From the NCBI GenBank assembly GCA_964016885.1, contig OZ024744.1, positions 110,670,001-110,734,000 on the forward strand: a stretch of DNA of 64,000 bases, written 5' to 3'. The notes beneath the pieces are model-generated. The model was not told where the DNA came from and searched no databases. It saw only the letters and a program-made list of their open reading frames with translations. The DNA comes from Eledone cirrhosa. Taxonomy: Eukaryota. A program made the position numbers and the translations under genes. This document shows, piece after piece, positions 31,000 to 43,307 of this stretch (its first letter is position 1; each line of letters begins with the position of its first letter).

Positions 31000-33900
31000 A
31001 ACTACATAATCCACTATAACTTATCTTGCACTGAACACAGTAAAACTTCACAATCCACTAAAACTTACCTTGCCCTGAACACAGTAAAACTACACAATCC
31101 ACTATAGCTTACCTTGCCCTGAAAACAGTAGAACTACACAATCCACTATAAATTACCTTGTTCTGAACACAGTAAAACTACACAATCCACTATAAAGTAC
31201 CTTGCTCTGAACACAGTAAAACTACACAATCCACTATAACTTACTTTGCCATGAACACAGTAAAACTACAGAATCCACTATAACTTACCTTGCACTGAAC
31301 ACAGTAAAACTACACAATCCACTATAAACTACCTTGCCCTGAACACAGTAAAACTACACAATCCACTATAACTTACTTTGCCCTGAACACATTAAATCTA
31401 CACAAACCACTATAAATTACCTTGCTCTAAACACAGTAAAACTTTATAATCCACTATAACTTAACTGGCCCGGAACACAGTAAAACTACACGATCCACTA
31501 TAACTTAACTGGCCCTGAACACAGTAAAACTACACAATCCACTATAAGTTACCTTGCTCTGAACACAGTAAAACTACACAATCCACTATAATTTAACTGG
31601 CCCTGAACACAGTAAAACTACACAATCCAATATAACTTACCTTGCCTTGAACACAGTAAAACTACACAATCCACTATAACTTACATTGCCCTGAACACAA
31701 TAAAACTACACAAACCACTATAAATTACCTTGCCCTGAACACAGTAAAACTACACAATCCACTATAAATAACCTTGCCCTGAACAGAGTAAAACTACACA
31801 ATCTACTATAACTTTCTTTGCCCTGAACACAGTAAATCTACACAATCCACTATAAATTACCTTGCTTTGAACACAGTAAAACTACACAATCCACTATAAC
31901 TTACCTTGCCCTGAACACAGTAAAACTACACAATCTACTATAACTTACCTTGCCCTGAACACAGTAAAATTACACAATCCACTATAACTAACCTTGCCCT
32001 GAACACAGTAAAACTACACAATCCACTATAACTTAACTGGCCCTGAACACAGTAAAACTACACAATCCACTATAAATTACCTTGCCCTGAACACAGTAAA
32101 ACTACAGAATCCACTATAACTTACCTTGATCTGAACAAAGGAAACTATACAATCCACTATAACTTAACTGGCCCTGAACACAGTTAAACTACACAATCCA
32201 CTATAACTGAACTGGCCCTGAACACAGTAAAACTACACAATCCACTATAACTTAACTGGCCCTGAACACACTAAACTACAGAATCCACTATAACTTACCT
32301 TGATCTGAACAAAGGAAACTATACAATCCACTATAACTTAACTGGCCCTGAACACAGTAAAACTACACAATCCACTATAACTTAACTGGCCCTGAACACA
32401 GTAAAACTACACAATCCACTATAACTTAACTGGCCCTGAACACAGTAAAACTACACAATCCACTATAACTCAACTGGCCCTGAACACAGTAAAACTACAC
32501 AATCCACTATAAGTTACCTTGCTCTGAACACAGTGACACTGCACAATCCACTATAACTTAACTGGCCCTGAACACAGTAAAACTACACAATCCTCTATAA
32601 CTTACGTTGCCCTGAACACAGTAAAACTACACAATCCACTATAACTTACTCCACTTGCCCTAAACACAGTAAAACTACACAATCCACTATAACTTATCTT
32701 GCACTGAACACAGTAAAACTTCACAATCCACTGAAACTTATCTTGCCCTGAACACAGTAAAACTACACAATCCACTATAGCTTACCTTGCCCTGAAAACA
32801 GTAGAACTACACAATCCACTATAAATTACCTTGTTCTGAACACAGTAAGACTACACAATCCACTATAGCTTACCTTGCCCTGAAAACAGTAAAACTACAC
32901 AATCCACTATAACGTACCTTGCTCTGAACACAGTAAGACTACACAATCCACTATAACTTACTTTGCCATGAACACAGTAAAACTACAGAATCCACTATAA
33001 CTTACCTTGCACTGAACACAGTAAAACTACACAATCCACTATAAATTACCTTGTCCTGAACACAGTAAATCTACACAATCCACTATAACTTACTTTGCCC
33101 TGAACACATTAAATCTACACAAACCACTATAAATTACCTTGCTCTAAACACAGTAAAACTTTATAATCCACTATAACTTAACTGGCCCGGAACACAGTAA
33201 AACTACACAATCCACTATAACTTAACTGGCCCTGAACACAGTAAAACTACACAATCCACTATAAGTTACCTTGCTCTGAACACAGTAAAACTACACAATC
33301 CACTATAATTTAACTGGCCCTGAACACAGTAAAACTACACAATCCAATATAACTTACCTTGCCTTGAACACAGTAAAACTACACAATCCACTATAACTTA
33401 CATTGCCCTGAACACAATAAAACTACACAAACCACTATAAATTACCTTGCCCTGAACACAGTAAAACTACACAATCCACTATAAATAACCTTGCCCTGAA
33501 CAGAGTAAAACTACACAATCTACTATAACTTTCTTTGCCCTGAACACAGTAAATCTACACAATCCACTATAAATTACCTTGCTTTGAACACAGTAAAACT
33601 ACACAATCCACTATAACTTACCTTGCCCTGAACACAGTAAAACTACACAATCTACTATAACTTACCTTGCCCTGAACACAGTAAAATTACACAATCCACT
33701 ATAACTAACCTTGCCCTGAACACAGTAAAACTACACAATCCACTATAACTTAACTGGCCCTGAACACAGTAAAACTACACAATCCACTATAAATTACCTT
33801 GCCCTGAACACAGTAAAACTACAGAATCCACTATAACTTACCTTGATCTGAACAAAGGAAACTATACAATCCACTATAACTTAACTGGCCCTGAACACAG

Positions 33901-36900
33901 TTAAACTACACAATCCACTATAACTGAACTGGCCCTGAACACAGTAAAACTACACAATCCACTATAACTTAACTGGCCCTGAACACACTAAACTACAGAA
34001 TCCACTATAACTTACCTTGATCTGAACAAAGGAAACTATACAATCCACTATAACTTAACTGGCCCTGAACACAGTAAAACTACACAATCCACTATAACTT
34101 AACTGGCCCTGAACACAGTAAAACTACACAATCCACTATAACTTAACTGGCCCTGAACACAGTAAAACTACACAATCCACTATAACTCAACTGGCCCTGA
34201 ACACAGTAAAACTACACAATCCACTATAAGTTACCTTGCTCTGAACACAGTGACACTGCACAATCCACTATAACTTAACTGGCCCTGAACACAGTAAAAC
34301 TACACAATCCTCTATAACTTACGTTGCCCTGAACACAGTAAAACTACACAATCCACTATAACTTACTCCACTTGCCCTAAACACAGTAAAACTACACAAT
34401 CCACTATAACTTACTCCACTTGCCCTAAACACAGTAAAACTACACAATCCACTATAACTTATCTTGCACTGAACACAGTAAAACTTCACAATCCACTGAA
34501 ACTTACCTTGCCCTGAACACAGTAAAACTACACAATCCACTATAGCTTACCTTGCCCTGAAAACAGTAGAACTACACAATCCACTATAAATTACCTTGTT
34601 CTGAACACAGTAAGACTACACAATCCACTATAGCTTACCTTGCCCTGAAAACAGTAAAACTACACAATCCACTATAACGTACCTTGCTCTGAACACAGTA
34701 AGACTACACAATCCACTATAACTTACTTTGCCATGAACACAGTAAAACTACAGAATCCACTATAACTTACCTTGCACTGAACACAGTAAAACTACACAAT
34801 CCACTATAAATTACCTTGTCCTGAACACAGTAAATCTACACAATCCACTATAACTTACTTTGCCCTGAACACATTAAATCTACACAAACCACTATAAATT
34901 ACCTTGCTCTAAACACAGTAAAACTTTATAATCCACTATAACTTAACTGGCCCGGAACACAGTAAAACTACACAATCCACTATAACTTAACTGGCCCTGA
35001 ACACAGTAAAACTACACAATCCACTATAAGTTACCTTGCTCTGAACACAGTAAAACTACACAATCCACTATAATTTAACTGGCCCTGAACACAGTAAAAC
35101 TACACAATCCACTATAACTTACCTTGCCTTGAACACAGTAAAACTACACAATCCACTATAACTTACATTGCCCTGAACACAATAAAACTACACAAACCAC
35201 TATAAATTACCTTGCCCTGAACACAGTAAAACTACACAATCCACTATAAATAACCTTGCCCTGAACAGAGTAAAACTACACAATCTACTATAACTTTCTT
35301 TGCCCTGAACACAGTAAATCTACACAATCCACTATAAATTACCTTGCTTTGAACACAGTAAATCTACACAATCCACTATAACTTACCTTGCCCTGAACAC
35401 AGTAAAACTACACAATCTACTATAACTTACCTTGCCCTGAACACAGTAAAATTACACAATCCACTATAACTAACCTTGCCCTGAACACAGTAAAACTACA
35501 CAATCCACTATAACTTAACTGGCCCTGAACACAGTAAAACTACACAATCCACTATAAATTACCTTGCCCTGAACACAGTAAAACTACAGAATCCACTATA
35601 ACTTACCTTGATCTGAACAAAGGAAACTATACAATCCACTATAACTTAACTGGCCCTGAACACAGTTAAACTACACAATCCACTATAACTGAACTGGCCC
35701 TGAACACAGTAAAACTACACAATCCACTATAACTTAACTGGCCCTGAACACACTAAACTACAGAATCCACTATAACTTACCTTGATCTGAACAAAGGAAA
35801 CTATACAATCCACTATAACTTAACTGGCCCTGAACACAGTAAAACTACACAATCCACTATAACTTAACTGGCCCTGAACACAGTAAAACTACACAATCCA
35901 CTATAACTTAACTGGCCCTGAACACAGTAAAACTACACAATCCACTATAACTCAACTGGCCCTGAACACAGTAAAACTAAACAATCCACTATAAGTTACC
36001 TTGCTCTGAACACAGTGACACTGCACAATCCACTATAACTTAACTGGCCCTGAACACAGTAAAACTACACAATCCTCTATAACTTACGTTGCCCTGAACA
36101 CAGTAAAACTACACAATCCACTATAACTTACTCCACTTGCCCTAAACACAGTAAAACTACACAATCCACTATAACTTATCTTGCACTGAACACAGTAAAA
36201 CTTCACAATCCACTGAAACTTACCTTGCCCTGAACACAGTAAAACTACACAATCCACTATAGCTTACCTTGCCCTGAAAACAGTAGAACTACACAATCCA
36301 CTATAAATTACCTTGTTCTGAACACAGTAAAACTACACAATCCACTATAGCTTACCTTGCCCTGAAAACAGTAGAACTACACAATCCACTATAAATTACC
36401 TTGCCCTGAAAACAGTAGAACTACACAATCCACTATAAATTACCTTGTTCTGAACACAGTAAAACTACACAATCCACTATAGCTTACCTTGCTCTGAACA
36501 CAGTAAGACTACACAATCCACTATAACTTACTTTGCCATGAACACAGTAAAACTACAGAATCCACTATAACTTACCTTGCACTGAACACAGTAAAACTAC
36601 ACAATCCACTATAAATTACCTTGTCCTGAACACAGTAAATCTACACAATCCACTATAACTTACTTTGCCCTGAACACATTAAATCTACACAAACCACTAT
36701 AAATTACCTTGCTCTAAACACAGTAAAACTTTATAATCCACTATAAGTTAACTGGCCCGGAACACAGTAAAACTACACAATCCACTATAACTTAACTGGC
36801 CCTGAACACAGTAAAACTACACAATCCACTATAAGTTACCTTGCTCTGAACACAGTAAAACTACACAATCCACTATAATTTAACTGGCCCTGAACACAGT

Positions 36901-37900
36901 AAAACTACACAATCCACTATAACTTACCTTGCCTTGAACACAGTAAAACTACACAATCCACTATAACTTACATTGCCCTGAAGACAATAAAACTACACAA
37001 ACCACTATAAATTACCTTGCCCTGAACACAGTAAAACTACACAATCCACTATAAATAACCTTGCCCTGAACAGAGTAAAACTACACAATCCACTATAACT
37101 TAACTGGCCCTGAACACAGTAAAACTACACAATCCACTGTAACTTTCTTTGCCCTGAACACAGTAAATCTACACAATCCACTATAAATTACCTTGCTTTG
37201 AACACAGAAAAACTACACAATCCACTATAACTTACCTTGCCCTGAACACAGTAAAACTACACAATCTACTATAACTTACCTTGCCCTGAACACAGTAAAA
37301 TTACACAATCCACTATAACTGAACTGGCCCTGAACACAGTAAAACTACACAATCCACTATAACTTAACTGGCCCTGAACACAGTAAAACTACACAATCCA
37401 CTATAAATTACCTTGCCCTGAACACAGTAAAACTACAGAATCCACTATAACTTACCTTGATCTGAACAAAGGAAACTATACAATCCACTATAACTTAACT
37501 GGCCCTGAACACAGTAAAACTACAGAATCCACTATAACTGAACTGGCCCTGAACACAGTAAAACTACACAATCCACTATAACTTAACTGGCCCTGAACAC
37601 ACTAAACTACAGAATCCACTATAACTTACCTTGATCTGAACAAAGGAAACTATACAATCCACTATAACTTAACTGGCCCTGAACACAGTAAAACTACACA
37701 ATCCACTATAACTTAACTGGCCCTGAACACAGTAAAACTACACAATCCACTATAACTCAACTGGCCCTGAACACAGTAAAACTACACAATCCACTATAAG
37801 TTACCTTGCTCTGAACACAGTGACACTGCACAATCCACTATAACTTAACTGGCCCTGAACACAGTAAAACTACACAATCCTCTATAACTTACCTTGCCCT
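31000..37900 (+). repeat. Higher-order repeat domain B: four copies of a 39-monomer (1,717-bp) unit
   Basis: Marker GTGACACTGCA at 32533, 34250, 36015 and 37820, and marker CGGAAC at 31471, 33188, 34953 and 36758; both give spacings 1717, 1765, 1805. Boundaries are approximate. Confidence 0.9.
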
Positions 37901-40900
37901 GAACACAGTAAAACTCCACAATCCACTATACCTTACCTTGCCCTGAACACAGTAAAACTACACAATCCACTATAACTTACCTTGCACTGAACACAGTAAA
38001 ACTACACAATCCACTATAACTTACCTTGCCCTGAACACAGTAAAACTACACAATCCACTATAACTTACTTTGCCCTGAATACAGTAAAACTACACAATCC
38101 ACTATACCTTACCTTGCTCTGAACCCAGTAGAACTACACAATCCACTATACCTTACCTTGCACTGAACACAGTAAAACTACACAATCTACTATAACTTAC
38201 CTTGCCCTGAACACAGTAAAACTACACAATCCACTATAACTTAACTGGCCCTGAACACAGTAAAACTATACAATCCACTATAACTTAACTGGCCCTGAAC
38301 ACAGTAAAACTACACAATCCACTATAACTTAAGTGGCCCTGAACACAGTAAACTACACAATCCTCTATACCTTACCTTGCCCTGAACACAGTAAAACTAC
38401 ACAATCCACTATAACTTACCTTCCTCTGAACACAGTAAAACTACACAATCCACTATAACTTACCTTGCCCTGAACAGAGTAATACTACACAATCCACTAT
38501 AACTTACCTGGCCCGGAACACATTAAAACTACACAATCCACTATAACTTACCTTGCCCTGAACAGAGTAATACTACACAATCCACTATAACATACTTTGC
38601 CCTGAACACATTAAAACTACACAAACCACTATAAACTACCTTGCTCTAAACACAGTAAAACTCCATAATCCACTATAACTTACCTTGCCCTGAACACAGT
38701 AAAACTACACAATACACTATAACTTAACTGGCCCTGAACACAGTAAAACTACACAATCACTATAACTTTTTTTGCCCTGAACACAGTAAAACTACACAAT
38801 CCACTATAACTTACCTTGCTCTAAACACAGTAAAGCTAGACAATCCACTATAACTTAACTTGCCCTGAACACAGTAAAACTACACAATCCACTATAACTT
38901 AACTGGCCCTGAACACAGGAAAACTACACAATCCACTATAACTTAACTGGCCCTGAACACACTAAACTACAGAATCCACTATAACTTACCTTGCTCTGAA
39001 CAAAGGAAACTACACAATCTACTATAACTTAACTGGCCCTGAAAATAGTAAAACTACACAATCCACTATAACTGAACTGGCCCTGAACACAGTAAAACTA
39101 CACAATCCACTATAACTTAACTGGCCCTTAACACAGTAAAACTACACAATCCACTATAACTTAACTGGCCCTGAACACAGTAATACCACACAATCCACTA
39201 TAACTTATCTTGCCTTAAACACAGTAAAACTACATAATCCACTATAACCTAACTTGCCCTGATCACAGTGAAACTACATAATCCACTATAACTTACTCCA
39301 CTTGCCCTAAACACAGTAAAACTACACAATCCACTATATCTTATCTTGCACTGAAAACAGTAAAACTTCACAATCCACTAAAACTTACCTTGCTCTGAAC
39401 ACAATAATACTATATAATCCACTATAACTTACCTTGCCTTGAACACAGTAAAACTACACAATCCACTACAAATTACCTTGCCCTGAACACAGTAAAACTA
39501 CACAATCCACTATAACTTATCTTGCCCTGAACACAGTAAAACTACACAATCCACTATAACTTAACTGGCCCTGAACACAGTAAAACTACACAATCCACTA
39601 TAACTTAACTGGCCCTGAACACAGTAAAACTACACAATCCACTATAACTTAACTGGCCCTGAACACAGTAAAACTACACAATCTACTATAACTTACCTTG
39701 CCCAGAACAAAGTAAAACTACGTAATCCACTATACCTTACCTTGCCCTTAACACAGTAAAACTACACAATCCACTATAGCTTACGTTGCTCTGAACACAG
39801 TAAAACTACACAATCCACTATAGATTACCTTGCCCTGAAAACAGTAGAACTACACAATCCACTATAAATTACCTTGCTTTGAACACAGTAAAACTACACA
39901 ATCCGCTATAACTTACTTTGTCATGACCACAGTAAAACTACAGAATCCACTATAACTTACCTTGCACTGAACACAGTAAAACTACACAATCCACTATAAA
40001 TTACCTTGCCCTGAACACAGTAAAACTACACAATCTACTATAACTTACTTTGCCCTGAACACATTAAATCTACACAAACCACTATAAATTACCTTGCTCT
40101 AAACACAGTAAAACTTTATAATCCACTATAACTTAACTGGCCCGGAACACAGTAAAACTACACAAGCCACTATAACTTAACTGGCCCTGAACACAGTAAA
40201 ACTACACAATCCACTATAAGTTACCTTGCTCTGAACACAGTAAAACTACACAATCCACTATAATTTAACTGGCCCTGAACACAGTAAAACTACACAATCC
40301 ACTATAACTTACCTTGCCTTGAACACAGTAAAACTACTCAATCCACTATAACTTACATTGCCCTGAACACAATAAAACTACACAAACCACTATAAATTAC
40401 CTTGCCCTGAACACAGTAAAACTACACAATCCACTATAAATAACCTTGCCCTGAACAGAGTAAAACTACACAATCCACTATAACTTTCTTTGCCCTGAAC
40501 ACAGTAAATCTACACAATACACTATAAATTACCTTGCTTTGAACACAGTAAAACTACACAATCCACTATAACTTAACTGGCCCTGAACACACTAAACTAC
40601 AGAATCCACTATAACTTACCTTCATCTGAACAAAGGAAACTATACAATCCACTATAACTTAACTGGCCCTGAACACAGTAAAACTACACAATCCACTATA
40701 ACTGAACTGGCCCTGAACACAGTAAAACTACACAATCCACTATAACTTAACTGGCCCTGAACACAATAAAATTACACAATCCACTATAACTTAACTGGCC
40801 CTGAACACACTAAACTACAGAATCCACTATAACTTACCTTGCTCTGAACAAAGGAAACTACACAATCCACTATAACTTAACTGGCCCTGAAAATAGTAAA

Positions 40901-43062
40901 ACTACACAATCCACTATAACTGAACTGGCCCTGAACACAGTAAAGCTACACAATCCACTATAACTTAACTGGCCCTGAACACAGTAAAACTACACAATCC
41001 ACTATAACTTACTTTGCCCTGAACACAGTAAAACTACACAATCCACTATAACTTAACTGGCCCTGAACACAGTAAAACTACACAATCCACTATAACTTAA
41101 CTGGCCCTGAACACAGTAAACTAGAGAATCCACTATACCTTACCTTGCCCTTAACACAGTAAAACTACACAATCCACTATAGCTTACGTTGCTCTGAACA
41201 CAGTAAAACTACACAATCCACTATAGCTTACCTTGCCCTGAAAACAGTAGAACTACACAATCCACTATAAATTACCTTGCTTTGAACACAGTAAAACTAC
41301 ACAATCCACTATAATTTACCTTGCTCTGAACACAGTAAAACTACACAATCCACTATAACTTACTTTGCCATGAACACAGTAAAACTACACAATCTACTAT
41401 AACTTACCTTGCACTGAACACAGTAAAACTACACAATCCACTATAAATTACCTTGCCCTGAACACAGTAAAACTACACAATCCACTATAACTTACGTTGC
41501 CCTGAACACATTAAAACTACACAAACCACTATAAATTACCTTGCTCTAAACAAAGTAAAACTCCATAATCCACTATAACTTACCTTGCCCTGAACACAGT
41601 AAAATTACACAATCCACTATAACTTAACTGGCCCTGAACACAGTAAAACTACACGATCACTATAACTCTTTTTGCCCTGAACACAGTAAAACTACACAAA
41701 CCACTATAAATTACCTTCCTCTAAACACATTAAAGCTAGACGATCCAGTATAACTTACCTTGCCCTGAACACAGTAAAACTACACAATCCACTATAACTT
41801 AAACTGGCCCTGAACACACTAAAACTACACAATCCACTATAACTTAATTGGCCCTGAACACTCTAAACTGCAGAATCCACTATAACTTACCTTGCTCTGA
41901 TCACAGGAAAACTCTACAATCCACTATAACTTCACTGGCCCTGAACACAGTAAAACTGCACAATCCACTATAACTGAACTGGCCCTGAACACAGTAAAAC
42001 TACACAATCCACTATAAGTTACCTTGCTCTGAACACAGTAAAACTACACAATCCACTATAACTTAACTGGCCCTGAACACAGTAAAACTACACAATCCAC
42101 TATAAATTACCTTGCCCTGAACACAGTAAAACTACACAATCCACTACAGTTTACCTTGCCCTGAACACAGTAAAACTACACAATCCACTATAAATTACCT
42201 TCCCTGAACACAGTAAAACTACACAATCCACTATAACTTACTTTGCCATGAACACAGTAAAACTACACAATCCACTATAAATTAACTTGCCCTGAATACA
42301 GTAAAACTACACAATCCACTATAACTTACTTTGCCCTGTACACATTAAAACTACACAAACCACTATAAATTACCTTGCTCTAAACACAGTAAAACTCCAT
42401 AATCCACTATAACTTACCTTGCCATGAACACAGTAAAACTACACAATCCACTATAACTTCACTGGCCCTGAACACAGGAAAACTCCACAATCCACTATAA
42501 CTTAACTGGCCCTGAACACAGTAAAACTACACAATCCACTATAACTTAACTGGCCCTGAACACAGTAAAACTACACAATCCACGATAACTTAACTGGCCC
42601 TGACCACAGTAAAACTACACAATCCACTATAACTTAACTGGCCCTGAACACATTAAAACTACACAATCCACTATAAGTTACCTTGCTCTGAACACAGTAA
42701 AACTACACAATCCACTATTGCTTACCTTGCCCTGAAAACAGTAAAACTACACAATCCACTATAAATTAGCTTGCCCTGAACACAGTAAAACTACACAATC
42801 CACTATAACTTACTTTGCCATGAACACAGTAAAACTACACAATCCACTATAACTTACCTTGCACTGAACACAGTAAAACTACACAATCCACTATAAATTA
42901 CCTTGCCCTGAACACAGTAAAACTACACAATCCACTATAACTTACTTTGCCCTGAACACATTAAAACTACACAAACCACTATAAATTACCTTGCTCTAAA
43001 CATAGCAAAACTCCATAATCCCCTATAACTTACCTTGCCCTGAACACAGTAAAACTACACAA

Positions 43063-43307
43063 TCTAAATATATGAAGCTGTGGTTGTCTGTCTGTCTATC
43101 GATTTTTCTCTTAGAATCTCTGACGGAATGGCACCTAAATTGCTATACTTGTACATTGAGCGCTAGCGAAGAAATCGGAAAAAAAATATTTCAAATTGAC
43201 CCAACCTATGTGACGAAATCGAATCTAATGTATCGATTTTTGAGGGTAAGTGACGAGTTATTTCCCTTTGTTCTGTTTACAATGAGCGTCTTACGTAAAA
43301 AATTACG
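43063..43307 (+). mobile_element. 245-bp non-satellite insert; probable 5' part of a non-autonomous Helitron (rolling-circle) element lacking a clear 3' terminus
   Basis: That it is non-satellite is certain. It begins TCTAAATATATGAAGCTG right after an A, at the AT dinucleotide of monomer positions 9/10, with no target-site duplication, and (GTCT)3 follows at 43086-43097. Established: Helitrons start 5'-TC and insert between A and T without a TSD, and many invertebrate non-autonomous Helitrons/DINE-1-like elements begin with an AT-rich TC(TA)n stretch and a GTCY/GTTT microsatellite. The family assignment is pattern recognition, not a database hit. Confidence 0.65.
43086..43097 (+). repeat. (GTCT)3 microsatellite in the insert
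   Basis: GTCTGTCTGTCT read directly, 23 bp from the putative 5' TC. Confidence 0.9.

Larger units (their letters stand above)
1..43062 (+). repeat. 44-bp tandem satellite array, left domain (continues beyond window start)
   Basis: Seen directly: monomer ACTACACAATCCACTATAACTTACCTTGCCCTGAACACAGTAAA starts at 1 and again at 45, and continues head-to-tail with substitutions and occasional 39/43/45/48-bp length variants. No inverted monomers noticed. Confidence 0.99.

Noticed and set aside
34319-34540. 73-aa minus-strand ORF with SYSGLCSFTVFRA repeats
   Set aside because: Artefact of two adjacent 48-bp monomers (a multiple of 3) keeping one frame open inside the satellite. It also lacks an ATG start (the codon is GTG).
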